Assembly (NCBI RefSeq): GCF_000354175.2
Contig: NC_022349.1
Coordinates: 3,300,001 to 3,332,000, forward strand
Source: Vibrio alginolyticus NBRC 15630 = ATCC 17749
Lineage (GTDB): Bacteria; Pseudomonadota; Gammaproteobacteria; Enterobacterales; Vibrionaceae
DNA: 32,000 nucleotides
Reading direction: 5' to 3'
The notes beneath the pieces are model-generated. The model was not told where the DNA came from and searched no databases. It worked only from the letters and a program-made list of their open reading frames with translations. The translations under genes were made by a program, and so were the position numbers. Every line of letters starts with the position of its first letter. Position 1 is the stretch's first letter. Positions 7,876 to 17,073 of this stretch are shown one piece after another.

Positions 7876-10800
7876 ATGAACGAATCGAAAAGATGGAGTC
7901 GTACTTTGAAATTCAACACACTCGCCATGGCTATGCTAACTGCGCTTCTTGCAGGGAAGAGCATGGCAACTACTCCGCCATCACCGGTTTGGCATACTAT
8001 TGCGTTGAGCGATGGTAGCTCCAGTGAGGCAATTCTACGTGGAACGGCAGATTTCCACTGGTTTGAAGATAAGCAGGGCAATGCCTTACTTCAGGAAGAC
8101 GGCGTTTGGTTTTTCGCGCAGATTCAGCGCGAGTCAGACACGCCAATATTGATCTCGACAGGTGTGGTGAAAACGCAGTCGAGTGAGCCACCTGAGTCGG
8201 CGAGGTTTCGCCCGGATTTACAAGTTAAACCGCAATTATCTTCTCTAAAAACCATTGAACCGATGGCACGAAAAAACCTACTGCGTTCGGCGCAAGGTTA
8301 CCAGGCGATGAGCAGTTCAACGGTGAAGCAGCAGCCCCTATTGGTTGTGCAAGTTTCGTTTGATGACCAAGCAATGGTGCATGATTTTGAGCAACGCGTA
8401 TTTAATACCAATGGTCAAAGCGTTGTGGATTACTTTGATAAAAACTCTCAAGGTAAATTCAAAGTTGTTCCTGCACTTGAGAGTTACGGCACCGCCAATG
8501 ACGGTGTGATAGATGTGACTGTGGCACAAAGCCACCCTAACTGTCACTCTAGTTCGACTGATAAAACATGCACCGCCAAGTTGAATGCGGTTTTCACCGA
8601 GGCTTATCAAAAACTGGATCCATACTTTAATCTTTCGGCCTACGACAGCAATCAAAATGGTACCGTAGAACCGTCAGAACTCTCTGTCATGTTTATTTTT
8701 GCGGGGGGCGATCGTTCAACAGGGGTTCTCAACCGTCCTGCTATTTGGCCGCACAAATTCTCTCACGATGATGTCACACTAGATGGTAAAAAGATCACAG
8801 ACTATTGTGTGTTCGCTGACTATCAAGTTGATCATCAAGCGACCTTGGGCGTGATCGTACACGAGCTTGGCCACTTAATGCTTGGCTTACCGGATTTGTA
8901 CGCAAGGAACAGTGATGCCTCGATCGGCTCTTGGGGCGTGATGGGTGGCGGTTCATGGGCGCAGAAACCGGGAGATTCATACGCTGGTGACACTCCGGTG
9001 AACATGAGTGCATGGAGCAAACACGCTGCTGGTTTTGTTGTACCAACGGTAACTCATGAAAGTCCAGCGCCTATTTCTGTGAACAACGACGATGTCAAGC
9101 TGGTGTATCTCGACCCGTACTTGAAAGAGTTTGGCCCACGTGTTTACTTGGAAAATCGCACCTTTAGCGGTTACGACCGAGCATTGGCGGCTGAAGGTAT
9201 CCTGGCGACGTCGGTCAATGTCCAGAACCGCTTTAATGATGTTGGCGCGATGCAGGTTCAAATCATGCAGGCTGATGGTCTGAATGAGTTAGAAAATGAT
9301 GGTAGGAGTGACGCTGACGATTTGTACCCTAATGGTGGCGATGTCATTTCAGATACATCGACCCCGGGTCTGAGAGCGATCACAGGGTTTGATACTGGGG
9401 TTCGTATTTCCAACATTGCCAGCAACACCAACGGCGGTAGCTTTTCTCTTGAGCATACAAACGAACCAAATAAATCAGCATGGCTGAACTCTCTTCATCA
9501 AGGTTATGTGTACGCGAGTGGGAGTAACACTCTGGCGGTGTCACTGGACTTGAATAGTGATACAGAGCTTGATGGCCTTCAACTTTACGCGCAAAGAGAT
9601 AGCGCTCAAAGTGACATGATTTATCGAGTTTGGCGATTCCCATTTTCTGGAAACATTGGCTATCGATTAATATTGAATCAAAACAACGCTGAGCTTTTAC
9701 AGCAAGGTAACTTCCAAAAGTCATCTCGAATTTTATTCCCTCAATCAAGCCAATTGAGTGCGGGTCAGCATTTATTGGTCGTTGAATTGGAAGGCGGTCA
9801 ATTTGATGCAAACTTTGACTTCGGCCGCTTGCTAAAAACTGAAAAAGCCTCCCTACCTGTAATGTGGACTGGTGATTACAGTGAGATTGGCACGTTTGGT
9901 CTAGAAAAAGCCGGGTTCTCTTATATTCCGTTTGCAGCATTATTAAATGTGGATGCGAGCAACTTGGTTGAAGCGAAATCTGATTCGTTACAAACCAATA
10001 AAAATACGCCAATCAAACTGAACCTGATGGACAATGATTTCATGGCGGTAGGGTATCAGTTCAATGTGGACATTGTGCAGAAGCCTGAGCACGGCACCAT
10101 CTCTGGCAACCAGTACCAACCTGAAGCTAACTTCGTTGGTCTGGACACTTTCCAATATCGTTTGTTGTCGGTTGATGGTGCGTACTCATCTTCAATCGTG
10201 AATGTGCAGGTGGAAGTGCTTGGCAGCAACGAAGCGCCAGTGGCCGTGATTGATGTTGATAATAAAGACATGACGGTTGGGCAGCGAGTCACGTTGTCTG
10301 CGTTAAATAGTACGGATGCTGATGGTGACGTGTTGAGTTATAAATGGGAGCAGTTGGCTGGCACTTCAGTTTCTCTTGGCAATGCAACCAGTGTTAGCAC
10401 AAGCTTTACGGTGCCTCAAGGTGCAAAAGCGGGTGAGGTTCTGACATTCCGTTTAACCGTGACTGATCCTAGTAATGAAACGTCCAGTGCTACCGTCGAT
10501 TTAACCATGAAAAACGCAGCGCCACTTACGCTTGCAGATACGGCGACCGTTGCCGTTGGTGAAAGTATTCTGATTGATGCAGCGAGCAATGATTCGGATG
10601 TGAACGGCGATAAACTGGTTGTAGAAAGCGTACAGAACGTAACGGGTGTGGGAAGTGCGAGTGTAGAGAATGGCAAAATCCGTTTTCAAGCACCGGATAG
10701 CCCTACTGACGGCATCAAGCTGCAATATACGGTTTCAGACGGTCATGGTGCCACTGCTACGGGGGAAGTTATCGTGACGGTTGTTGCTTCTTTGAAGACA

Positions 10801-10890
10801 ACGACATTCAAGAACTCTGAAGGTAGCGGCAGTGTTTCTTATTGGGCTTTGATGTTACTTGCAACATTAGGCTGGCGACGTCGCGTCTAA
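7876..10890 (+). CDS. secreted M6-family (immune-inhibitor-A-like) zinc metalloprotease with cadherin-like/PKD-like repeats and a GlyGly-CTERM-like sorting tail
   Basis: - Sec signal peptide: KFNTLAMAMLTALLAGKSMA/TT.
- Zinc site HELGH at nt 8860-8874 (aa 329-333), followed by SIGSWGVMGGGSW.
- C-terminal third: two cadherin-like Ig repeats (NDFMAV..., SNDSDVNGDKL...) flank a PKD-like repeat (LNSTDADGDVLSYKWEQ).
- Last 24 aa (nt 10816-10887): SEGSGSVSYWALMLLATLGWRRRV, which is a Gly/Ser motif, a TM helix and a basic cluster. Confidence 0.85.
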   Translation: MNESKRWSRTLKFNTLAMAMLTALLAGKSMATTPPSPVWHTIALSDGSSSEAILRGTADFHWFEDKQGNALLQEDGVWFFAQIQRESDTPILISTGVVKTQSSEPPESARFRPDLQVKPQLSSLKTIEPMARKNLLRSAQGYQAMSSSTVKQQPLLVVQVSFDDQAMVHDFEQRVFNTNGQSVVDYFDKNSQGKFKVVPALESYGTANDGVIDVTVAQSHPNCHSSSTDKTCTAKLNAVFTEAYQKLDPYFNLSAYDSNQNGTVEPSELSVMFIFAGGDRSTGVLNRPAIWPHKFSHDDVTLDGKKITDYCVFADYQVDHQATLGVIVHELGHLMLGLPDLYARNSDASIGSWGVMGGGSWAQKPGDSYAGDTPVNMSAWSKHAAGFVVPTVTHESPAPISVNNDDVKLVYLDPYLKEFGPRVYLENRTFSGYDRALAAEGILATSVNVQNRFNDVGAMQVQIMQADGLNELENDGRSDADDLYPNGGDVISDTSTPGLRAITGFDTGVRISNIASNTNGGSFSLEHTNEPNKSAWLNSLHQGYVYASGSNTLAVSLDLNSDTELDGLQLYAQRDSAQSDMIYRVWRFPFSGNIGYRLILNQNNAELLQQGNFQKSSRILFPQSSQLSAGQHLLVVELEGGQFDANFDFGRLLKTEKASLPVMWTGDYSEIGTFGLEKAGFSYIPFAALLNVDASNLVEAKSDSLQTNKNTPIKLNLMDNDFMAVGYQFNVDIVQKPEHGTISGNQYQPEANFVGLDTFQYRLLSVDGAYSSSIVNVQVEVLGSNEAPVAVIDVDNKDMTVGQRVTLSALNSTDADGDVLSYKWEQLAGTSVSLGNATSVSTSFTVPQGAKAGEVLTFRLTVTDPSNETSSATVDLTMKNAAPLTLADTATVAVGESILIDAASNDSDVNGDKLVVESVQNVTGVGSASVENGKIRFQAPDSPTDGIKLQYTVSDGHGATATGEVIVTVVASLKTTTFKNSEGSGSVSYWALMLLATLGWRRRV

Positions 10891-10909
10891 AACGGTATTG
10901 AATTGCGGT

Positions 10910-10942
10910 ATAAGCCACTCACATTGAGTGGCTTATTTTTTA
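10910..10942 (+). terminator. rho-independent terminator after the protease gene
   Basis: Perfect 11-bp stem ATAAGCCACTC/GAGTGGCTTAT with loop ACATT, followed by T6. Confidence 0.85.
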
Positions 10943-11062
10943 TCTGATCTATTTTGGTTTCGTTCTCATTGTCTTATGAGATGTGTTTCTCATTATTTTT
11001 AAAGCGATTTTTCTACTCTGCGGTTACCCTAGGGGCCGATTTTTATGAACTAAGGATGTTAT

Positions 11063-11875
11063 ATGTCTACCGAGGGCTTTTCTGTTTCGGAAATATGCCG
11101 AGAAGCGGCAGTGATGGTCAGAAGGAATCTACTCGCAATTGTTATTGCTTGTATTCCGTTGATTATCGTGCACTCAATTTTTGCTTTTATGTATCCTGAA
11201 ATGACGGGGCAAGATCAAGCGAACGTTCAAGAAGGCAATGTCGCAGGATTTTATTTCGTCACAATTATTTTGTACCCACTTGTTGCCGCTATGGCGGCTG
11301 TGCGTGTGCATCGAATTTATTTAGCCGGCGATTACATGCACTCTGCGTTGGATGTATTTCGTTTGTCAGCTCGAGAATTCCGTTTCATAGGCTGGTGGAT
11401 ACTGTTTGGACTGATGATGATGCTCGTTATTGGTATCCCGATCTTTGTGTTGTCGTTTATCTACATTGCAGAAAGTGGTGAAGCCGACTTTGTTGCTATG
11501 GCTATTATCACAACGATTGCAAGCATTCCTGGCTATTGGGTAATGGCGCGATGGTCATTTGTGTTGCCAGCGACTGCAATGGATCATCAGCCGCGCAGTT
11601 TGCGTCGTTCGTGGAACCAGAGCAGAGCATACAACAAACAAGTATTCATTTTGATGGGACTAATTCCATTGGGTGCGGGCTTGCTCAGTCAGCTGATCTT
11701 TAGCCACTTTACGAATCTCTTTATGTTGAGCTTCGTCGGTGTGGCCTATGGTATTTTTGGCGCGTACCAGCTGGCATTGTTATCGTTGAGCTATAAAACG
11801 GTAGTGGATATCGAACGCGCTCGTTTTGATACGACATCACAGCCACCAAAAACGGGTGAAGAATTTTCCGCTTAA
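11063..11875 (+). CDS. polytopic inner-membrane protein of unknown function (270 aa)
   Basis: AGGA lies 6 nt before the ATG. About 6 hydrophobic segments are present. The ARWSFVLPATAMDHQPRSLRRSWNQSR loop is reminiscent of YciC/UPF0259-type or GDPD-membrane-domain-type proteins. That recollection is weak. Confidence 0.6.
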   Translation: MSTEGFSVSEICREAAVMVRRNLLAIVIACIPLIIVHSIFAFMYPEMTGQDQANVQEGNVAGFYFVTIILYPLVAAMAAVRVHRIYLAGDYMHSALDVFRLSAREFRFIGWWILFGLMMMLVIGIPIFVLSFIYIAESGEADFVAMAIITTIASIPGYWVMARWSFVLPATAMDHQPRSLRRSWNQSRAYNKQVFILMGLIPLGAGLLSQLIFSHFTNLFMLSFVGVAYGIFGAYQLALLSLSYKTVVDIERARFDTTSQPPKTGEEFSA

Positions 11876-11920
11876 CCCTTTGATCGTTTTTACATGCTAC
11901 CTCTGTTTAGGAGACGGTCT

Positions 11921-11946
11921 GCGGCAGGTTGATACCTTCCTGCCGC
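11921..11946 (+). terminator. hairpin downstream of the membrane-protein gene (weak terminator)
   Basis: Stem GCGGCAGG/CCTGCCGC (8 bp) with a 10-nt loop. The downstream tract is only moderately T-rich. Confidence 0.4.
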
Positions 11947-12051
11947 CTTCGCGTTATTCACGCAAAATACCCATGCCCATTTCATGGCTGAATGACAGGG
12001 ACATTCACACGTATACTCACAACAGTACTTCTTTTTATTAAGGAACCCTAC

Positions 12052-13521
12052 ATGTCCATTTGGCAACGGGTCAATTTCACCCATCGCTTTAGTCAATTAC
12101 CGTCAGCGTTCTATACGTTGGTCGAGCCACAACCCTTGGACAACACTCGCTGGGTCGCTTGGAATGGTGAGTTTGCACAGCAGTTTGGTTTACCAGAAGA
12201 GCAAAACGATGAGTTATTGGCGGTTTTTTCTGGGCTTAGTGAATTCGAACAATTTCGTCCTCTTGCGATGAAGTATGCAGGCCATCAGTTTGGCGTTTAC
12301 AACCCAGATTTGGGCGATGGACGTGGATTACTGTTGGCAGAAATTGAGCATCAGGATGGTACTTGGTTTGATCTTCACCTCAAAGGTGCAGGGCTAACGC
12401 CTTACTCGCGAATGGGAGATGGGCGAGCGGTATTACGCTCAACTATCCGTGAGTACCTGTGCAGTGAAGCCATGGCGGGCCTTGGGGTTCCCACGACACG
12501 TGCTCTCGGTATGATGGTCAGTGATACACCTGTTTATCGAGAAAAAACGGAATCGGGCGCTTTGTTACTTCGAATGGCTGAAACCCATGTTCGATTCGGT
12601 CACTTTGAGCATTTCTTTTACACCAACCAGTTAGCAGAGCAGAAGCTGTTGGCGGATAAGGTGATTGAGTGGCACTTTGCTGATTGTGCATCGGCGGAGA
12701 AACCATATGCCGCGATGTTTGACGCCATCGTGACTAAAACAGCCGAGATGATCGCATATTGGCAAGCTTTTGGTTTTGCGCATGGTGTGATGAATACCGA
12801 TAACATGTCAATTCTTGGGCAAACTTTTGATTATGGTCCGTTTGGCTTTCTTGATGATTATGAGCCGGGATACATTTGTAATCATTCAGACTACCAGGGT
12901 CGTTACGCATTTGATCAACAGCCTAGAATTGCGCTTTGGAACCTGTCAGCACTGGCGCATGCGCTATCGTCACTCGTTGAACGAGAAGATTTAGAATCGT
13001 CGTTGAGTCAATTTGAAGTTCATTTAAGCCAGCAGTTCAGCCGCCTCATGCGTGAGAAGTTGGGCTTAAAAACTAAGATAGCGGAAGACGGGCGTTTGTT
13101 TGAAGCTATGTTTGAGCTTCTTCACCAGAACAAAACGGACTACACTCGCTTCTTCAGAACACTTTCAAACCTTGATAATGCGCCTTCCCAAGCCGTAATC
13201 GATTTATTTCTCGACCGAGAAGCAGCGCGAGCTTGGCTTGAGCTGTATTTAGCTCGGTGTGAGCTAGAGGTTGATGAACTAGGGGGCCTGATTTCAACCG
13301 AACAGCGTTGCAAACAGATGCGTCAAGCCAATCCCAAATACATCTTGCGTAACTACTTGGCTCAGTTGGCGATTGATAAAGCGGAAGAAGGGGACTTTAG
13401 CGAATTACACCGATTGTCCGAACTGTTAAAACGCCCATTTGATGAGCAACCCGAGTTTGATGATTACGCGAAATTGCCACCGGAATGGGGGAAGAAAATG
13501 GAGATAAGCTGTTCTTCATAA
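12052..13521 (+). CDS. selO: protein adenylyltransferase SelO (YdiU; pseudokinase-fold AMPylase)
   Basis: 489 aa from the ATG at 12052, with AAGGA upstream. Features seen: [56 protein letters not shown], and the family's C-terminal Cys at the antepenultimate position (ISCSS). The track start at 11992 is an upstream extension. Confidence 0.9.
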   Translation: MSIWQRVNFTHRFSQLPSAFYTLVEPQPLDNTRWVAWNGEFAQQFGLPEEQNDELLAVFSGLSEFEQFRPLAMKYAGHQFGVYNPDLGDGRGLLLAEIEHQDGTWFDLHLKGAGLTPYSRMGDGRAVLRSTIREYLCSEAMAGLGVPTTRALGMMVSDTPVYREKTESGALLLRMAETHVRFGHFEHFFYTNQLAEQKLLADKVIEWHFADCASAEKPYAAMFDAIVTKTAEMIAYWQAFGFAHGVMNTDNMSILGQTFDYGPFGFLDDYEPGYICNHSDYQGRYAFDQQPRIALWNLSALAHALSSLVEREDLESSLSQFEVHLSQQFSRLMREKLGLKTKIAEDGRLFEAMFELLHQNKTDYTRFFRTLSNLDNAPSQAVIDLFLDREAARAWLELYLARCELEVDELGGLISTEQRCKQMRQANPKYILRNYLAQLAIDKAEEGDFSELHRLSELLKRPFDEQPEFDDYAKLPPEWGKKMEISCSS

Positions 13522-13530
13522 ATGGGTCAT

Positions 13531-13564
13531 TTCCCACCCATTTGTATCTTGTTCTTGGGTGGAA
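13531..13564. promoter_or_regulatory. inverted repeat TTCC(C)ACCCA-N15-TGGGTGGAA; candidate DctD enhancer site and/or selO terminator stem
   Basis: The arms lie at 13531-13540 and 13556-13564, about 75-105 bp upstream of the sigma-54 promoter. No U-tract follows. Confidence 0.3.
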
Positions 13565-13635
13565 TTCACTCGTTACACTTCTGATTCATGTTAATGGGCT
13601 TTGTTAATTTATTGAAATGAATATAAATTTTAACA

Positions 13636-13651
13636 TGGTCCATTAATTGCT
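13636..13651 (+). promoter_or_regulatory. sigma-54 (-24/-12) promoter of dctP
   Basis: TGGTCCATTAATTGCT compares with consensus TGGCACG-N4-TTGCW. GG sits at 13637-38 and GC at 13649-50, which is the correct 12-nt register. The site is about 85 nt before the dctP ATG, and a sigma-54 activator (DctD) is encoded nearby. Confidence 0.65.
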
Positions 13652-13733
13652 CTTTGTTGAACATCCGTACCCATCGCCTAACACCTAGTTACTCATGGAC
13701 GGGATGGGATGTGATTCAACAAGGAGAATAATA

Positions 13734-14732
13734 ATGTTTAAGCCTCTAACTCTACTATCTGTCTCTGCACTTGCTGTTACCAGTTTTAATGCTGCCGCAA
13801 ATTGTGACCCGGGTGAAACGGTCATCAAGTTTAGCCATGTAACGAACGCGGACAAACACCCTAAAGGCATCGCGGCTTCGTTACTTGAAAAGCGCGTCAA
13901 CGAAGAGATGAACGGTAAAGTCTGTATGCAGGTGTTTCCTAACTCAACACTTTATGATGATGACAAAGTGTTGGAAGCGCTACTGAATGGTGATGTTCAA
14001 CTCGCTGCTCCTTCTCTTTCTAAGTTTGAGAAATTCACCAAGAAGTACCGCCTTTTCGATCTTCCTTTCTTGTTCGATGATGTCGACGCGGTTGACCGTT
14101 TCCAAAACTCGGAAGCGGGTGAAAAGCTGAAAAATTCAATGAAACGTCGTGGCCTACAAGGCATTGCGTTTTGGCATAACGGCATGAAGCAAATGTCAGC
14201 CAACAAGCCGCTCATTTCTCCAACTGATGCTGAAGGACTTAAGTTCCGTGTTCAAGCGTCTGATGTACTCGTTGCTCAGTTTGAGCAGCTAGGTGCTAAC
14301 CCACAAAAAATGTCGTTCAAAGAAGTTTACGGCGGCTTGCAAACTAAGGTTATTGATGGTCAAGAAAATACTTGGTCAAACATTTACGGCAAAAAATTCT
14401 TCGAAGTTCAAGATGGCATTACGGAAACGAACCACGGAATTCTGGATTACTTAGTTGTGACGTCAAACGACTTCTGGAAAAACCTACCAGATGATCAGCG
14501 CGAGCAGTTAAATACCATTATTCAAGAGGTAACTGCGCAGCGTAATGCTGAGTCAACCAAAGTAAACCTTGCGAATAAGAACAATATCATCGAAGCCGGT
14601 GGTGTGGTTCGTACTCTAACGCCAGAACAGCGCCAAGAGTGGGTCACTGCACTTCAACCAGTATGGAAGAAGTTCGAAAAAGACATTGGTTCTGACCTAA
14701 TCGAAGCCGCTTTGGCGTCTAACCAAAAATAA
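13734..14732 (+). CDS. dctP: TRAP transporter periplasmic solute-binding protein DctP (C4-dicarboxylate type)
   Basis: AAGGAG lies 8 nt before the ATG at 13734. The signal peptide is MFKPLTLLSVSALAVTSFNAAA. DctP-family blocks are present (IKFSHVTNADKHPKG, LFDLPFLF, WHNGMKQMS). The track start at 13695 is an extension. Confidence 0.9.
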   Translation: MFKPLTLLSVSALAVTSFNAAANCDPGETVIKFSHVTNADKHPKGIAASLLEKRVNEEMNGKVCMQVFPNSTLYDDDKVLEALLNGDVQLAAPSLSKFEKFTKKYRLFDLPFLFDDVDAVDRFQNSEAGEKLKNSMKRRGLQGIAFWHNGMKQMSANKPLISPTDAEGLKFRVQASDVLVAQFEQLGANPQKMSFKEVYGGLQTKVIDGQENTWSNIYGKKFFEVQDGITETNHGILDYLVVTSNDFWKNLPDDQREQLNTIIQEVTAQRNAESTKVNLANKNNIIEAGGVVRTLTPEQRQEWVTALQPVWKKFEKDIGSDLIEAALASNQK

Positions 14733-14749
14733 TAACAGCTAGCACATTT

Positions 14750-14782
14750 AGCCCTCTCAAACTGAGGGGGCTCTTTCCCCCT
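14750..14782 (+). promoter_or_regulatory. intercistronic dctP-dctQ hairpin with two mutually exclusive pairings
   Basis: The G-run GGGGGCT (14766-14772) can pair upstream with AGCCCTC (14750-14756) or downstream with CCCCCT (14777-14782). Confidence 0.35.
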
Positions 14783-14802
14783 ACAGACGACGTGATGTAA
14801 TT

Positions 14803-15477
14803 ATGGAACAGACTTTTTTTGCCAAGGCTGGACGAATCACCGATGCCATTGAAGAGACTTTGATTGCTTTCTTCTTGGGTGCCATGACCTTGCTGACCTT
14901 TGCCAATGTCATCTTTCGTTATGTCTTTAACGACAATATTCTTTGGGCGCTTGAGCTCACCGTTTTCATGTTCGCATGGATGGTGTTGGTTGGCGCATCT
15001 TATGGTGTGAAAAAACACTTTCATATTGGTGTCGATGTCATTATTAACATCGTTCCGGAAGGTAAACGAAAAGCCCTGGCGCTTTTTGCAGCAATGTGTT
15101 GCTTAGCCTTCTCTATTTTGCTGTTAATTGGCGCTTGGAACTACTGGTATCCGTTCGCTACCGACCGAGCGTGGTATGAAACGGACGATATTCCGATGCC
15201 TGAAATACTCCAGTTCATGGCCGACTGGTTAAATGAGGGAGAGCGTTATGAAAAGCTGCCACGTTTTATTCCTTACTTCGCTTTGCCACTTGGAATGGCG
15301 CTACTAACGTTTAGATTTGTTCAAGTCACGTGGCAAATCGCTACTGGTAAGCTCGATCGCTTGATTGCAGGACATGAAGCGGAGGAAGAGCTCGAATCTC
15401 TTAAAGCTGAGATGAGTGACGCTGAAGACGTAATGGCTCCAAAGGCCTCGCAAGACGCTAAAAACAAGGAGCAATAA
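14803..15477 (+). CDS. dctQ: TRAP transporter small permease DctQ
   Basis: 224 aa with 4 predicted TM segments, positioned between dctP and dctM. The C-terminal tail is acidic. Confidence 0.85.
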   Translation: MEQTFFAKAGRITDAIEETLIAFFLGAMTLLTFANVIFRYVFNDNILWALELTVFMFAWMVLVGASYGVKKHFHIGVDVIINIVPEGKRKALALFAAMCCLAFSILLLIGAWNYWYPFATDRAWYETDDIPMPEILQFMADWLNEGERYEKLPRFIPYFALPLGMALLTFRFVQVTWQIATGKLDRLIAGHEAEEELESLKAEMSDAEDVMAPKASQDAKNKEQ

Positions 15478-15480
15478 GCC

Positions 15481-16842
15481 ATGGATATCTTATTTCTATT
15501 TTTGATGGTAATTGGCTTTATGCTGGTTGGCGTGCCAATTGCTATTTCGCTGGGCCTTTCCAGTGTTCTTTTCCTTTTAATGCATTCGGATGCCTCTTTA
15601 GCGTCAGTTGCTCAAACGCTGTTTAATGCATTCGCGGGCCACTACACGCTATTGGCTATTCCATTCTTTATATTGGCTTCAAGCTTTATGTCGACGGGTG
15701 GCGTAGCAAAGCGGATCATTCGTTTCGCCATTGCCATTGTAGGCTGGTTCCGCGGCGGTTTGGCGATGGCTTCGGTTGTAGCGTGTATGATGTTTGCCGC
15801 GTTGTCAGGTTCCTCACCTGCAACGGTTGTTGCCATAGGTAGTATTGTTATCGCAGGTATGATCAAAAACGGTTACTCAAAAGAGTTTGCCTCTGGGGTA
15901 ATTTGTAACGCAGGTACGCTAGGGATTTTGATCCCACCTTCGATTGTGATGGTGGTGTATGCAGCCGCAACGGATGTGTCAGTTGGACGTATGTTCCTTG
16001 GTGGTGTGATTCCCGGTTTGCTGGCGGGTGTCATGTTGATGATCGCGATTTACATTGCCGCGAGAATCAAGAACCTTCCAAAGCAACCTTTTGTCGGTTG
16101 GAAAGAAACTTTTGATGCCGCCAAGGATGCAAGCTGGGGCTTGTTGTTGGTCGTCATCATTCTTGGTGGTATCTATGGCGGTATCTTTACGCCGACAGAA
16201 GCCGCTGCGGTTGCTGCTGTGTACTCATTCTTTATTGCTAACTTTGTATACAAAGACATGGGGCCATTTGCAGACAAGAAAAACACTAAACCTGCGCTCG
16301 TTAAAATCTTCCAAACCTTTGTTCATAAAGACACGAAACACACCCTGTATGAAGCGGGCAAACTCACCATCATGCTGCTGTTCATCATTGCTAATGCCTT
16401 AATTTTGAAGCATGTTTTAACGGAAGAACGCATCCCGCAAATGATCACCGAGTCGATGCTCTCGGCTGGTCTCGGACCAATCACTTTTTTGATTGTGGTG
16501 AACGTCTTGTTGCTGATTGGTGGTCAGTTCATGGAGCCATCAGGCTTGTTGATCATTGTTGCGCCGCTCGTGTTCCCAATTGCGATTGCATTAGGTATAG
16601 ACCCAATTCATTTGGGCATAATGATGGTGGTGAATATGGAGATAGGAATGATAACGCCGCCCGTGGGTCTTAACTTATTTGTGACCGCTGGTGTTGCCAA
16701 AATGTCGATGATGAACGTAGTGAAGGCAGCATTACCCTGGGTTGGAGTGATGTTCTTGTTCCTAATTATCGTCACATATGTACCATGGGTTTCGACTTGG
16801 TTGCCTACTACCTTGATGGGGCCGGAGATCATTACCAAGTAA
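15481..16842 (+). CDS. dctM: TRAP transporter large permease DctM
   Basis: 453-aa polytopic protein. AAGGAG lies upstream, and the start is 3 nt after the dctQ stop. Confidence 0.9.
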   Translation: MDILFLFLMVIGFMLVGVPIAISLGLSSVLFLLMHSDASLASVAQTLFNAFAGHYTLLAIPFFILASSFMSTGGVAKRIIRFAIAIVGWFRGGLAMASVVACMMFAALSGSSPATVVAIGSIVIAGMIKNGYSKEFASGVICNAGTLGILIPPSIVMVVYAAATDVSVGRMFLGGVIPGLLAGVMLMIAIYIAARIKNLPKQPFVGWKETFDAAKDASWGLLLVVIILGGIYGGIFTPTEAAAVAAVYSFFIANFVYKDMGPFADKKNTKPALVKIFQTFVHKDTKHTLYEAGKLTIMLLFIIANALILKHVLTEERIPQMITESMLSAGLGPITFLIVVNVLLLIGGQFMEPSGLLIIVAPLVFPIAIALGIDPIHLGIMMVVNMEIGMITPPVGLNLFVTAGVAKMSMMNVVKAALPWVGVMFLFLIIVTYVPWVSTWLPTTLMGPEIITK

Positions 16843-16860
16843 TGGAAGCCAGAAAGTAGA

Positions 16861-16886
16861 AAGAGGTGTGAGAATTCACACCTCTT
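16861..16886. terminator. strong hairpin between the convergent dctPQM and dctBD units (likely bidirectional terminator)
   Basis: AAGAGGTGTG/CACACCTCTT is a perfect 10-bp stem, extendable to 13 bp around a GAAT loop. It overlaps the last codons of the 65-codon minus-strand ORF. Confidence 0.7.
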
Positions 16887-17073
16887 CGTCTATTGACTTG
16901 TAACAAGTTTTGCGCGGGTCTGAATTAATTCGACGTTCATAGTGTCGCCACCTCTTTTTATTTTTACGACGCTCTTCACCGAATCTTCTCTCTTCTTGAT
17001 AGCAACCGTCTACGAGCACGGTATCTGTAACAATCGGTATTCTCACTTTTTCGTTCATATCTATAACAACCAT
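16876..17073 (-). CDS. hypothetical small basic protein (65 aa) with repeated ERR motifs
   Basis: - For: it is the only ORF in the 294-bp gap and is co-oriented with dctBD. The only terminator lies after it.
- Against: the SD is weak, and AGA/AGG/ATA codons are used.
- Sequence: MVVIDMNEKVRIPIVTDTVLVDGCYQEERRFGEERRKNKKRWRHYERRINSDPRKTCYKSIDEEV. Confidence 0.3.
   Translation of the reverse strand: MVVIDMNEKVRIPIVTDTVLVDGCYQEERRFGEERRKNKKRWRHYERRINSDPRKTCYKSIDEEV

Noticed and set aside
9380-10012. 210-aa ORF antisense to the M6 protease gene
   Set aside because: Its composition is implausible (rich in C, H, Q and W, with no motif). It lies fully opposite a well-supported CDS, so it is most likely a shadow ORF. 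The same reasoning applies to 8338-8655, 8977-9261 and 10416-10676.
10954-12041. Track ORFs 10954-11199 and 11826-12041 in the regions flanking the membrane-protein gene
   Set aside because: Both overlap better-supported CDSs out of frame, run through hairpin or terminator sequence, and lack an SD.
16055-16402. 115-aa alternate-frame ORF inside dctM, and the 103-aa ORF 29998-30309 opposite rrtA
   Set aside because: Both lie within well-supported membrane-protein genes. Their sequences are low-complexity and rich in Ser, Leu and Arg, as expected for off-frame translation.
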